Positions 8,127 to 18,947 of a stretch of 64,000 nt of DNA are shown here, in pieces. Each line of letters starts with the position of its first letter. The first letter of the stretch is position 1. Origin of the DNA: an uncultured Acidobacteriota bacterium (GTDB lineage Bacteria > Acidobacteriota > Vicinamibacteria > Vicinamibacterales > CAVVIG01); assembly GCA_963789965.1 (NCBI GenBank), contig CAWBMO010000007.1:69661-133660 (forward strand), read 5' to 3'. The notes beneath the pieces are model-generated. The model was not told the DNA's origin. It searched no databases and was given only the letters and a program-made list of their open reading frames with translations. Made by a program: the position numbers and the translations under genes.

Positions 8127-9204
8127 ATAGTGCACCCAGCGCATCGTGGAAGGCGCGCCGGACCGCCCGCATGTCCTCCGGCGATCCGCCGCCGCAGGCC
8201 CGATTCGTCAGGAGCACGAAATACCGATCCCGGCCCGGGTCGACCCACAAGGACGTTCCCGTAAACCCCACGTGGCCGACGGCTTTCGGCGACATCTGCG
8301 TCCCACACGAGGAGGTTGGCAACATCGTGTCCCACCCGAGCGCGCGTGAGCTCCCGGGGACGGAGCTCTTCGTCATGAAGCTGGCGACGAGTTCGGGAGA
8401 GAACGGCGCGGGGCCGCTGTCGTCGCGTGCGGCACGCAGGAGGAGACGTGCGAAGGCGCCGACGGCGGGTACCGTTCCGAACAATCCCGCATGACCGGCG
8501 CTGCCGCCGAGTGCGGCCGCGTAGTTGTCGTGAACTTCGCCGGCGAGCAATCGGCCCCGGCGCGGATCGTCTTCGAGCGGCTGCGTCGGGGCGGCGCCGG
8601 CTCTCAAGTTCCCCCTTAGATCAAACGTCAGGGGATCCGCCGTCAGGCCGATTTGTGCCGCGATTCGATCAAACAACTCCGGCAGCGACGCTCCCCCGCG
8701 ATCGACCGCAAGAAATCCCAACAGAATGAAACCGAGATCGCTGTAGATCGACCGCGTCCGCGGCTCGTATTCAAGCGCCGTTCGGCAGATGTCGTGCTCG
8801 AACTCACGGCGGCTCCGTGGCGGGGCGTCGACGAGCCGCGCCGGGAGCCCCGAGGTGTGTTCCAGCAGGTCGCGAATCGTCACGCGCGCGCGATCGGCGC
8901 CGCGCCATTCGTTGAAGAATTCAGAGACGGAATCGTCGAGCCTCACTCGCATCGTGCGCACGAGCTCCATCAGAATGCTCGTCGTGACGATGGCTTTCGT
9001 GAGGGAAGCGAGGTCGAAGGGCGTGTCGAGCCGAGCCGGCAAAGAGCCGGCGTCGAAAGTCAGCGTGCCAAGTGCGTCACTCCAGAGCACACCTGCGGAC
9101 GAGCCGACCTCGAAACTCGCTGCAGGAAAGATCCGCCCGGCAATCGCTTGCTCGAGGACAAGCCGCGCGGCAACCGTCACGCCAGATGCGCGAGGGGCGT
9201 TCAC
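8125..9204 (-). CDS. Serine hydrolase (beta-lactamase / PBP4-like family)
   Basis: 359 aa. Active-site SxxK motif (ASLTK) near the N-terminus, class C beta-lactamase-like layout. 4-nt overlap with murQ. Confidence 0.8.
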   Translation of the reverse strand: MNAPRASGVTVAARLVLEQAIAGRIFPAASFEVGSSAGVLWSDALGTLTFDAGSLPARLDTPFDLASLTKAIVTTSILMELVRTMRVRLDDSVSEFFNEWRGADRARVTIRDLLEHTSGLPARLVDAPPRSRREFEHDICRTALEYEPRTRSIYSDLGFILLGFLAVDRGGASLPELFDRIAAQIGLTADPLTFDLRGNLRAGAAPTQPLEDDPRRGRLLAGEVHDNYAAALGGSAGHAGLFGTVPAVGAFARLLLRAARDDSGPAPFSPELVASFMTKSSVPGSSRALGWDTMLPTSSCGTQMSPKAVGHVGFTGTSLWVDPGRDRYFVLLTNRACGGGSPEDMRAVRRAFHDALGAL

Positions 9205-10145
9205 CCAGCGCCCAGCAGCTCTTTCAGCCGCGCCTCGGCGTCCTCCCCGATGGCGTCGCGGACAAAGTTATGCGCGCGGCGGAGCCGCGTGAGAGCCTGC
9301 GCGTGGGACAAACCGGACTTCTGCATGACGATCGCCGCTTTGACGTTCCACTGCGCGCGCTTGAGCAGCTTGTCGGCTTCGTCGTAGTCCAGTCCAGTGA
9401 CGATGACGATGATACGCCGCGCGCGATCGCGCAGCTTCTCGGATCCTGTCTGGACGTCGACCATCAGATTGCCATAGGTCTTGCCCGTGCGGACCATCGC
9501 CCCGGTCGTCAGCATGTTCAACACGAGCTTGGTCGCCGTCCCGGCTTTGAGGCGTGTCGACCCCGCAATCACTTCAGGGCCGACCGCCGGCGCAATCGTC
9601 AGGTCGACGAAGGTCTGCAGCTCGGTGCGTGGATCGCACGTGACGAATATGATTTTGGACCCGGCGCGTCTCGCCCTCGTCAGCGCGCCGAGCACGAACT
9701 GCGTCATCCCGCTCGCCGACACGCCCACCACCACATCGTGCTTTACCGGCCGCAGCCGGTTGATGGCGCGCGCCCCTTCTTCGTAGTGGTCCTCCACGCC
9801 TTCCTTCGGCTTGATGATGGCGCCCTTGCCGCCCGCCATGATCGCCTGAACGAGCTCGGGTTTCGTCCCGAAGGTCGGCTGCATCTCCGCTGACTCGAGG
9901 ACGCCCAGCCGGCCGCTGGTCCCGGCTCCGACAAAAATAATCCGGCCGCCCTTCTTGAGTGACTGCGTGATGATATCAATGCCGACCACGATCCGATCCT
10001 TCTCACGCTGGACCGCCGCGAGCATCTTGCGATCCTCGGTCAACATCTCTTCGACGATGTCGGCGGATGACTGCTTGTCGATGGCCAGCGTGGCCGGATT
10101 GATAGCTTCAGTCGGAAGGGATTGCCACTTCGAACGTACAGGCAT
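9201..10145 (-). CDS. murQ: N-acetylmuramic acid 6-phosphate etherase
   Basis: 314 aa. SIS-domain etherase pattern (LPTE..NP.T..ID, GGRIIFVGAGTSGRLGVLESAEMQPTFG). Confidence 0.9.
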   Translation of the reverse strand: MPVRSKWQSLPTEAINPATLAIDKQSSADIVEEMLTEDRKMLAAVQREKDRIVVGIDIITQSLKKGGRIIFVGAGTSGRLGVLESAEMQPTFGTKPELVQAIMAGGKGAIIKPKEGVEDHYEEGARAINRLRPVKHDVVVGVSASGMTQFVLGALTRARRAGSKIIFVTCDPRTELQTFVDLTIAPAVGPEVIAGSTRLKAGTATKLVLNMLTTGAMVRTGKTYGNLMVDVQTGSEKLRDRARRIIVIVTGLDYDEADKLLKRAQWNVKAAIVMQKSGLSHAQALTRLRRAHNFVRDAIGEDAEARLKELLGAG

Positions 10146-10196
10146 GCTGAGGGGACCTCACGAGCAAGTCGCGAATCTTACTACAGTCTATAGTTT

Positions 10197-10283
10197 TTGG
10201 TCGTTGGTCATTAGTCGTTGGTCGTTGGTTGGTCACCAGCCCTTGACGAACGTGTAACGACTAATGACTAATGACCAACGACC
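10197..10283. repeat. Tandem-heptamer palindrome, family E (TTGGTCGT/TTGGTCAT)n ... (ACGACYAA)n
   Basis: Lies in the murQ/xerD divergent spacer. The right arm ends one nt before the xerD GTG. Confidence 0.85.
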
Positions 10284-11159
10284 GTGATTGACGCCTTTCT
10301 GGACCACCTGCGCGTCGAGCGGCGGCTGGCCGCGCACACCCTCGAAAGTTACGGGCGGGACCTGGCTGCGCTCGCAGAATACGCAGCGGGGCTCGGCGTG
10401 GCGCCAGACGCGCTCGACCGGCGGGCGCTCGAACGATTCGTCAGGCGGCAGATCAGCCGGGGCCTCTCACCGCGCTCCGTGGCGCGATCGGTCGCCGCGA
10501 TTCGTGGATATTACCGGTTCCTCGTCCTCGACCGCCGTCTGCCGAGCAGTCCCGCAGACGACCTGCAGCCGCCGCGCGCGTGGCCGGCGCTGCCAAAATT
10601 CCTGTCGCTCGAGGAGGTCGATGCGCTTATTGCACAGCCGGATGTCGCGACACCACTCGGCCTCCGCGATCGCGCCATGATCGAGCTGCTGTACGCGACG
10701 GGGATGCGGGTGTCCGAGCTCGTCGGCGTCCGGACCGCGGATCTCCATCTTCGCGAGCGCTATCTGACCTGCGTCGGCAAGGGCAACAAAGAGCGGCTGG
10801 TTCCGACCGGCGATCAGGCGATCACGTGGATCGAGCGCTACCAGAAGACCGCGCGCCCGAGGCTCCTCAAAGGGCGCGCGTCAACGCGGCTGTTCTTGAA
10901 CGTCCGGGGCAAGCCCATGAGCCGCGTCGGCTTCTGGAAGCTTCTGAAACGGTACGGCCACCGCGCCAACCTGCCGCGCTCGCTCAGCCCGCATGTGGTC
11001 CGACATTCGTTTGCGACGCATCTGCTCGAGCGCGGCGCCGATCTGCGGGCGATCCAGATGATGCTAGGCCACACGGACCTGTCGACGACGCAAATCTACA
11101 CGCACGTGCTCGAAGCGCGTCTGCGTACCGTCTACGATCGATTTCATCCGCGGCCGTGA
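10284..11159 (+). CDS. xerD: Site-specific tyrosine recombinase XerD (XerC/XerD family)
   Basis: 291 aa. N-terminal [23 protein letters not shown]. Catalytic ARG..HxxR..Y region ([37 protein letters not shown]). XerC versus XerD cannot be resolved by eye. Confidence 0.85.
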   Translation: MIDAFLDHLRVERRLAAHTLESYGRDLAALAEYAAGLGVAPDALDRRALERFVRRQISRGLSPRSVARSVAAIRGYYRFLVLDRRLPSSPADDLQPPRAWPALPKFLSLEEVDALIAQPDVATPLGLRDRAMIELLYATGMRVSELVGVRTADLHLRERYLTCVGKGNKERLVPTGDQAITWIERYQKTARPRLLKGRASTRLFLNVRGKPMSRVGFWKLLKRYGHRANLPRSLSPHVVRHSFATHLLERGADLRAIQMMLGHTDLSTTQIYTHVLEARLRTVYDRFHPRP

Positions 11160-11195
11160 TTCTGTTAGACTTAGCCGTTTTTACCTTTTATTTTG

Positions 11196-11255
11196 GGTCC
11201 GCCTGAAGGCGGGCACTACGACAGCACGAAAGTCGTGTCCGGCTTTAGCCGGACC
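11196..11255. repeat. REP-like double hairpin (K type)
   Basis: GGTCCGCCTGAAGGCGGGCACTAC and GTCGTGTCCGGCTTTAGCCGGACC modules. The same two modules recur at 19200-19255, and a degenerate copy lies near 29360-29400. Confidence 0.8.
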
Positions 11256-11271
11256 TTTGAAGGAGAGCGGC

Positions 11272-12423
<1,152 letters not shown>

Positions 12424-12444
12424 TGACGTGACTCATGAAGTGAG

Positions 12445-14175
12445 ATGAAGCGCTACGTGCTGGCGATGGCGGCCCTTGTGGCCGCCATCTGCGTTTTTGC
12501 GGGTGTGACCCTCCCGCCGCGACGCGTGACTCTGTCGCCTTCCGCCGATGGGACCGTTTCCGGCATCCTCCACATTCACACCAGCCGGTCCGACGGTCGC
12601 AGTACGCCCGACGAAATCGCCGCCGCGGCGGCGCGGGCCGGCGTCGCATTCATCGTCTTCACCGATCATGGCGACGCGACTCGAATACCCGACGCGCCCG
12701 TGTACCGGTCCGGCGTCCTGTGTCTCGATGGCGTGGAGATCAGCACCACGGGCGGGCACTACATCGCGCTCGACATGCCGGCGTCGCCGTATCCGCTCGC
12801 CGGAGAACCGCGCGACGTCGTGGATGATGTGCGGCGGCTCGGCGGGTTCGGCATCGCGGCGCATCCGGATTCGCCGAAGGCCGAGCTTCGCTGGAGCGAT
12901 TGGGAGGCACCGTTCGACGGCGTCGAGTGGATCAATCCTGATACCAGCTGGCGCGTCCACGCGGTGTCGGGCTGGCGATCGCGGTTCAGGCTGCTCGAAG
13001 GGCTGCTGCACTATCCGATGAGGCCGGCGGAGACGCTCGCCGGTCTGCTCACCGAGTTCCAAGACGCGATGGCCCACTGGACTCGGTTGGCGAGTCGACG
13101 GCCGGTCGTTGGGGTGGCGGGCGCCGACGCGCACGCCAAGCTGGAATTCCGAAACACCGACCCGGGCGACAACCGGTTCTCCATCCCGCTGCCGAACTAC
13201 GAGGCGTCGTTTCGGATGCTGTCGGTCCATGTGGCGCCGGAGCGTCCCCTGTCAAGATTGCCAGGCGATGCCGCCGCCGATGCCGCACTCGTGATGCGGG
13301 CGATCCGCGCAGGGCATCTCTACATGGCCGTCAATGGCGTCGCATCGCCACCTGCATTCGAGTTTGCCGCGACCAACCAGCGGGGCACCGCTCATCAGGG
13401 CGACGAGCTCGGCGTCGGCGGGCCGGTGTCGCTCCGCGTGCGCAGCAATGCTCCGCCCGGATTCACGACGATCGTCTGGCGTGGCGCCGAGATGTTGACG
13501 GTGGAACCGCGGAACCAGTTCACGATCGACGCGGGGGAAGAACCGGCGGTCTACCGCGTCGAGATCCGCACGAACGACCCCGAGCGCTCGAAGACGTGGC
13601 TGCTTGGCAACCCTATCTATGTTCGCGCTCCACAGCCGCTCGAAGCGCCACAGCCGGCCCCGGTCACCGTGGAGACCGCCCTCTTCGACGGCAAGACGGA
13701 TAGCGGCTGGCATCTCGAGAGCGACGCTTCGTCGACGGCCGGCGTGGATGTGGGGCAGACGCTGACCGGATCCGAGCTGCGGTACCGATACGCGCTGGCC
13801 GGCGATTCGGCGGCCGGCAATCAATGGGCGGCGCTGGTGTGGGGAACGCCGATTGGCCATGCGCCGATCAATGTCGCCGACTTCGATCGCCTGACGTTTA
13901 CGGCGCGAGCCGAACGACCCATGCGCATCTCGGTGCAGCTGCGCACGCTCGAAGCCGGCCGGGCGCTGCGGCGATGGCAACGATCGGCGTTCCTCGACAC
14001 GATCAATCGGGAACACACCGTCTCATTCAAGGACCTCGTCCCCAGCGCCGGCACCGATCCCGGAACGCCCCTCCTGGATCAGGTCAGCCAGATCCTGTTC
14101 GTCGTGGACACCACGAACACAAAGCCGGGCACGGCAGGCCGCTTCTGGATAAGCAGGGCGGTGTTTCAGAAGTAG
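12445..14175 (+). CDS. Secreted PHP-domain metallohydrolase with C-terminal carbohydrate-binding-like domain
   Basis: 576 aa. Signal peptide. PHP motif (GILHIHTSRSDG..FIVFTDHGD). The C-terminal ~170 aa is a beta-sandwich-like domain. Confidence 0.65.
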   Translation: MKRYVLAMAALVAAICVFAGVTLPPRRVTLSPSADGTVSGILHIHTSRSDGRSTPDEIAAAAARAGVAFIVFTDHGDATRIPDAPVYRSGVLCLDGVEISTTGGHYIALDMPASPYPLAGEPRDVVDDVRRLGGFGIAAHPDSPKAELRWSDWEAPFDGVEWINPDTSWRVHAVSGWRSRFRLLEGLLHYPMRPAETLAGLLTEFQDAMAHWTRLASRRPVVGVAGADAHAKLEFRNTDPGDNRFSIPLPNYEASFRMLSVHVAPERPLSRLPGDAAADAALVMRAIRAGHLYMAVNGVASPPAFEFAATNQRGTAHQGDELGVGGPVSLRVRSNAPPGFTTIVWRGAEMLTVEPRNQFTIDAGEEPAVYRVEIRTNDPERSKTWLLGNPIYVRAPQPLEAPQPAPVTVETALFDGKTDSGWHLESDASSTAGVDVGQTLTGSELRYRYALAGDSAAGNQWAALVWGTPIGHAPINVADFDRLTFTARAERPMRISVQLRTLEAGRALRRWQRSAFLDTINREHTVSFKDLVPSAGTDPGTPLLDQVSQILFVVDTTNTKPGTAGRFWISRAVFQK

Positions 14176-14227
14176 GCTCCGGGCTCCGGGCTCCAGGCCT
14201 GAAGCCAAGAGTCCGAAGCCTGAAGCC
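14175..14227. repeat. Tandem-heptamer palindrome, family H (GGCTCCG)3 ... (GAAGCCN)3
   Basis: Fills the entire spacer between the convergent PHP-hydrolase and lptFG stops. About 24-bp stem with transitions and G.U pairs. Confidence 0.75.
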
Positions 14228-14228
14228 G

Positions 14229-16592
14229 TTACGTTCTCACTGTAAGAATCAGATACGCCGCGGCAGCCGCGAACAGGATGTTCGGCGTCCAGGCAGCGAG
14301 CACCGGCGAGAGCAGGCCGCCGGCTCCAATCGCCGCACACACACTCAACATCAGCCAGTACGTGATGGCGAGCACGATGCCAGCGCCGATGCCGTACATC
14401 GCACCGCGGCGACCGGTGGTCGCCGCGAACGGCACGGCAAGGAGCGTCATGACGACTGTCACGAACGGAAACGCTACCTTCCGCTGCAACGCCACCAAGT
14501 ACGGCATCACGTTGTAGCCACCGACCCGCAGCTGCGCCACGTATTCCTTGAGCTGCCCGTACGTCATCAGCGCCGCGTCGGGCTCGTCGGTCTTGAAGTA
14601 GCTGGGAGACTCGAGCATCAGTGCCTGCTCGGCAAACGGCGTATACCTGACGACGGTCTTCGTGACCTTGCCCTGCGTGATGTCCGAGAACTCCCGGTTC
14701 CACCCGGTGAATCCCGTCCATCCCGCCGCCACGTCGTCGGCGCCGGCGCGGGTCAGCGCCACGTGGCTCGCGCGCGTGATCGACTGCAAATCCCAACGAG
14801 CCGGATGGAGGTGATAGACGACGAACTGCTGGAACTCGTTCTTGTTCGCGTCGAACAGGTCGTAGTGATAGATGTCGCCGTTCAGGGCCACCATCCACCG
14901 CCGGTCCAGCGCCCCAAAGCTCGCCGGTGGCAGATCCCGGATGAGGCGATTCAACCGGTCGGCCTCCCGGTTCGAGTACGCGATCACGCGCTCCTGCAAG
15001 GCGAACAGCACCGCGCTCGCCGCGACGCCAAAGAGGAGCAGCGGCGCCACGGCGCGATACAGACTGATGCCACAGGCACGCATGACCACGAGCTCGCTGT
15101 TCTTGGTCATGAGTCCGACGGTCACCAGGGTGGCCACGAGAGCCGACATCGGAATGATGTAGTAGATGTACTGCGGCGTCTGGAACACGAAATACCGCAG
15201 CATCATCGACGTCGTCGCCGAGCCGCGGAACAGCTTGTCGGCCAGATCCATGAAGGTCGAGATGTAGAAGATGCCAAGCAATCCAAAGAGGCCAAGAAAA
15301 AAGACCCGCAGGTACTGACCCGACACGTACAAGTCCAGCAGGGGAGGGCGGGGGAGATTCAGCTGCGGCACGCGAAGGACCAGCACGGCCCGTTTTCTGG
15401 CTGTCGCGACACCACCCGCAGCCTCGCCTGACGGAGCGGCCTCCTTCCCGGCGCCACGCCAGAAGGCGGGGATGCTGATTCGTATCGGCTGGTCGGCCGA
15501 ACGCGCGCGCCAGAGAAGAAGCGCGACACCGGCAGCGCCGAAGATCAGATTCGGAACCCACGCCCCCAGGCCCGCCGGAATCTGGCCGGTGAAGGCGGCC
15601 GCGCGCACGGTCCACAACACGACGTAGTAGAGAAAAATCACGCCGAAACCCAGCACAAAGCTCGCGAACCGCCCGTCTTTCCGGTTGCTGGCCCCCAGCC
15701 CGAGACCGATCAGGGCGAGGACGATGCACGCCACCGGGATCGCGAACTTCTGCTGGATCTCATACCGCTGCACGTACCCTGGATCGTGCGTCGCAGCGCC
15801 GGCCGCGATACTCGCCTTCAGTTCCGCAATGCTCATTTCTCTCGACGTCTTCGACGGCTTGATGTTCGGAAAGACCGTGTTCGGATCCAGTTGGATGAGG
15901 ACGCGCTCGTAGTCGGCGCCTTCATACTCGTCGGGTTTCGCGGTTGACGTCGTGTGTCGCGTCCCGCCGGTGAGCTCCAACGAGACCGATTGTTTCTCGC
16001 GGTCTACCAGCAGGCCGCCGGCTTTCGCGAAATACACGGTCGTCTGATTCGGCTGGGAGGTGTCGGCGAGAAACACGTCGCGCCAGCCGCCCGGCACCAC
16101 GTCCCGGGCGTAGATGGTGCGATTCGGAAACTCGCTGTAGAACACCCGCGGCTTGACGTTGCTCTCCGCGCGGCTCGCGATCACGTTGAAGGTGATTTCG
16201 ACAAATGTCCGATTCGCGTCAGGCAGTGCGACAATGATCTGGTGCGCCGTGGCCGCGGTCGCCACCAGGGCGACGAACGCGATGGGACGGATCAGACGAA
16301 ACGGGCTGACACCGCACGCCTGCAGCGCCACGAACTCACGATCGGCAGACAGACGGCCGAAGCCGATCAGAATCCCGAGCAGCACCGACATGGGTATGGT
16401 CAGGCTCAGCGACGAAGGCAGGAGCAGCACAAGGGCATGGAGGAATGTCGACCACGCGATACCCTTGACGATCAGCGGCTCCGCGTACCGGAGGATCGTC
16501 GGAATGGTGACGACGAACGTCAGCAGGATCAGGGACAACCCCATCGGCAGGAGCAGTTCCCGGATCACGTAGCGATCGACGGTTCGAAACAT
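14229..16592 (-). CDS. lptFG: Fused LptF-LptG lipopolysaccharide export permease
   Basis: Two YjgP/YjgQ permease halves in one ORF. First half: MFRTVDRYVIRELL..ADREFVALQACGVS. Second half: LLDLYVSGQYLRVFF..KNSELVVMRACGIS. ATG 16592 is preferred over ORF start 16637. Confidence 0.8.
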   Translation of the reverse strand: MFRTVDRYVIRELLLPMGLSLILLTFVVTIPTILRYAEPLIVKGIAWSTFLHALVLLLPSSLSLTIPMSVLLGILIGFGRLSADREFVALQACGVSPFRLIRPIAFVALVATAATAHQIIVALPDANRTFVEITFNVIASRAESNVKPRVFYSEFPNRTIYARDVVPGGWRDVFLADTSQPNQTTVYFAKAGGLLVDREKQSVSLELTGGTRHTTSTAKPDEYEGADYERVLIQLDPNTVFPNIKPSKTSREMSIAELKASIAAGAATHDPGYVQRYEIQQKFAIPVACIVLALIGLGLGASNRKDGRFASFVLGFGVIFLYYVVLWTVRAAAFTGQIPAGLGAWVPNLIFGAAGVALLLWRARSADQPIRISIPAFWRGAGKEAAPSGEAAGGVATARKRAVLVLRVPQLNLPRPPLLDLYVSGQYLRVFFLGLFGLLGIFYISTFMDLADKLFRGSATTSMMLRYFVFQTPQYIYYIIPMSALVATLVTVGLMTKNSELVVMRACGISLYRAVAPLLLFGVAASAVLFALQERVIAYSNREADRLNRLIRDLPPASFGALDRRWMVALNGDIYHYDLFDANKNEFQQFVVYHLHPARWDLQSITRASHVALTRAGADDVAAGWTGFTGWNREFSDITQGKVTKTVVRYTPFAEQALMLESPSYFKTDEPDAALMTYGQLKEYVAQLRVGGYNVMPYLVALQRKVAFPFVTVVMTLLAVPFAATTGRRGAMYGIGAGIVLAITYWLMLSVCAAIGAGGLLSPVLAAWTPNILFAAAAAYLILTVRT

Positions 16593-16639
16593 ATGGGCTG
16601 GAGGGGCGTCCAGCCCGTCCTGCCGAGAGAGTACCACCG

Positions 16640-18883
16640 ATGACCAAGGTCGCGATCCTCTGGCACATGCACCAGCCGTTTTACCAGGACCTGGCCACCG
16701 GGGAGCACATCCTGCCGTGGGTCCGGCTGCATGCCCTCAAGGACTACTACGGCATGGTCGCGCTCTTGAGGGAGTTTCCCGACGTGAAGGTGACGTTCAA
16801 CCTGGTGCCCTCGCTGCTCGTGCAGCTCGAGGCATTTGCCGCCGGTCGTGCGCGCGACCGGTATCTGGAGCTGAGCCTCAAGCCGGCCGACGATCTGCAA
16901 CCTTCTGACGTCGAATTCATCCTCGACCACTTCTTCCACGCGCAACGCCAGCGCATGATCGATCCGTATCCCAGGTACTCCGAGCTCCTGGCGCGACGCG
17001 GCGGGTCACTGCCGACCGAGGCCGACAAGCGCGCGGCCGCCCGCCGCTTCACGGTCGACGACCTCCGCGATCTTCAGGTCTGGCACAAGCTCGTCTGGAT
17101 GGATCCGTTCTATCTCGAGGGTGATTCGCGGACCCGAAGCCTCGTTGAAAAGGGGAGTCACTACACCGAAGAGGACAAGGCGCTCCTGGGACAGCTCGAG
17201 CTGGAGCTCCTGAACAGGGTCGTCCCTGAGTATCGCGAGGCTGCCGGCCGGGGCCAGATTGAGATTTCGACCTCGCCCTTCTACCACCCGATTCTGCCGC
17301 TCCTCTGCGATACCAGCGTGTACCTGCGGACCCACCCCGACTCTTCGATGCCTCGTCAACGCTTTGTGCATCCCGAGGATGCCATCGAACAACTCGAACG
17401 GGCCGCAGCCTGCCACGAGCGGTTGTTCGGCCGGCGGCCTACCGGACTGTGGCCGTCCGAAGGTTCGGTATCGGATGCCATGGTTCCTCTCGTCGCCGAC
17501 GCCGGCTTCACCTGGATGGCGACCGACGAGTTGATTCTGGCCCGCACCCTTGAGGTCGCACTGGCACGCGACAGCCACGGGAACCTCGAGGAACCGGAGC
17601 GGCTCTACACACCCTACGCCCTCAAGATCGGTGGAGCGGCGCTGACCTGCGTGTTTCGCGATCACACCCTGTCCGATCTCATCGGATTTTCCTACGCCGG
17701 CTGGAATTCCGAGGCCGCCGCCGACGACTTCGTCAGACGCCTGGCCGAAGCCGGCCGCCGCGCCAGCAATCGCCCTGGCAGTGAAGGCGGGGTAGAGCCG
17801 CTCATCCCGATCATCCTGGACGGGGAGAACGCATGGGAGCACTTCGAACATGGAGGCCGGCCGTTTCTGCGTGCGCTCTATCGCCGGCTGTCAACCCACC
17901 CGGACTTGCGCACCGTCACCATGGCCGAGGCGTGTGCCGCACCCCGTCGCGAGCTGACCGGCATCTTTCCGGGATCCTGGATCGACGCCAACTTCTATAT
18001 CTGGATCGGCCACGCCGACGACCAGCGCGGCTGGAGCCAGCTGGCTGACGCGCGCCAGGCGCTCGAGGCGGCGACGCGCGAGGGCAGACTTGACCCGGCG
18101 GCGCTTGCGGCGGCCCGTGAAGAGGTGTTCATCGCCGAAGGCAGCGACTGGTTCTGGTGGTACGGCGACGATCACTCATCAGATCAGGATCTCGAATTCG
18201 ATGATCTGTTCCGGCGCCATCTGCGGAACGTGTACCGGCTGCTGCAGAAGCCTGTCCCGGACGAACTGTTCGTCAGCAACATCTCGAGCCTCGGCGCGCC
18301 GCCAGCCCAGACCGCACCGGTGACACTGCTGACCCCGACGCTCGACGGAGAGGACACGAGCTACTTCGAATGGCTCGGCGCCGGCGCGCTCGAAATCCGC
18401 GACGATACCTATCGAGGCGGCGCCATGCACCAGGCGAGCCGGCGAAGTTCGATCCTGACGCTCGTGCGGTTCGGCTTCGGGCGCACGCCGGAGCGGCTTT
18501 TCGTCCGGCTGGATAGCGACCGCCCGATGGCCGACCTGCTGGCCGATGGCTATACCTTCTCGCTGAAGTTCCTGGAGCCGGCCGGTGTCCGGTTCGAGGT
18601 GCGGACAGCACACGGCGAGGTCGTCGGAACCTTCTGGGATCGGGCCCAAACGGGCGACCGCTGGATCGAACGAGCAACACGAGGCGCAGCGGTCGCTGCC
18701 GGAACGATCCTCGAGGCGGCGCTGCCGCTTGCCGAACTGGCTTCATCGGCCGGCGCGCGTGTGGCCTTCTTCATCGAAGTGTCGGCGCCGAATCAGACCG
18801 AGGGCGAGACGCATCCCGAGCACCATCCGCTCGAAGCGACCGTACCCGACGAGCAGTTCGAAGCGCGTCACTGGACGGCATAA
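16640..18883 (+). CDS. Glycoside hydrolase family 57 alpha-glucan enzyme
   Basis: 747 aa. GH57 N-terminal signature (ILWHMHQPFYQD..LPWVRLHALKDYY) plus EGSDWFWWYGDD. Confidence 0.85.
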   Translation: MTKVAILWHMHQPFYQDLATGEHILPWVRLHALKDYYGMVALLREFPDVKVTFNLVPSLLVQLEAFAAGRARDRYLELSLKPADDLQPSDVEFILDHFFHAQRQRMIDPYPRYSELLARRGGSLPTEADKRAAARRFTVDDLRDLQVWHKLVWMDPFYLEGDSRTRSLVEKGSHYTEEDKALLGQLELELLNRVVPEYREAAGRGQIEISTSPFYHPILPLLCDTSVYLRTHPDSSMPRQRFVHPEDAIEQLERAAACHERLFGRRPTGLWPSEGSVSDAMVPLVADAGFTWMATDELILARTLEVALARDSHGNLEEPERLYTPYALKIGGAALTCVFRDHTLSDLIGFSYAGWNSEAAADDFVRRLAEAGRRASNRPGSEGGVEPLIPIILDGENAWEHFEHGGRPFLRALYRRLSTHPDLRTVTMAEACAAPRRELTGIFPGSWIDANFYIWIGHADDQRGWSQLADARQALEAATREGRLDPAALAAAREEVFIAEGSDWFWWYGDDHSSDQDLEFDDLFRRHLRNVYRLLQKPVPDELFVSNISSLGAPPAQTAPVTLLTPTLDGEDTSYFEWLGAGALEIRDDTYRGGAMHQASRRSSILTLVRFGFGRTPERLFVRLDSDRPMADLLADGYTFSLKFLEPAGVRFEVRTAHGEVVGTFWDRAQTGDRWIERATRGAAVAAGTILEAALPLAELASSAGARVAFFIEVSAPNQTEGETHPEHHPLEATVPDEQFEARHWTA

Positions 18884-18947
18884 GGAACGGGGAGCGGCAC
18901 GCCTGCAATAACCCTCCACAAAGGGGTATCTCTTAGCGATATCTCTA

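Noticed and set aside
10284-11159. Tyrosine recombinase as the integrase of a mobile element or prophage
   Set aside because: It has XerC/XerD-type N- and C-terminal motifs, housekeeping neighbours (murQ, metK), and no phage, transposon or att-like direct repeats around it.
11160-11271. SAM riboswitch upstream of metK
   Set aside because: The 110-nt leader is explained by the K-type REP modules. I see no SAM-I/II-like conserved core. An Rfam scan is needed to be certain.
14175-14227. Strand-specific folding (G.U pairs only on one transcript) as evidence for which gene the hairpin terminates
   Set aside because: Pair-by-pair check gave 4 mismatches and 2 wobbles on + versus 3 mismatches and 3 wobbles on -. 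That is not a meaningful asymmetry.
18890-18910. Sigma-54 promoter (GGCACG..TGCA) after the GH57 gene
   Set aside because: The GG-to-GC spacing is about 9 nt instead of the required ~12, and the TTGC element is missing.
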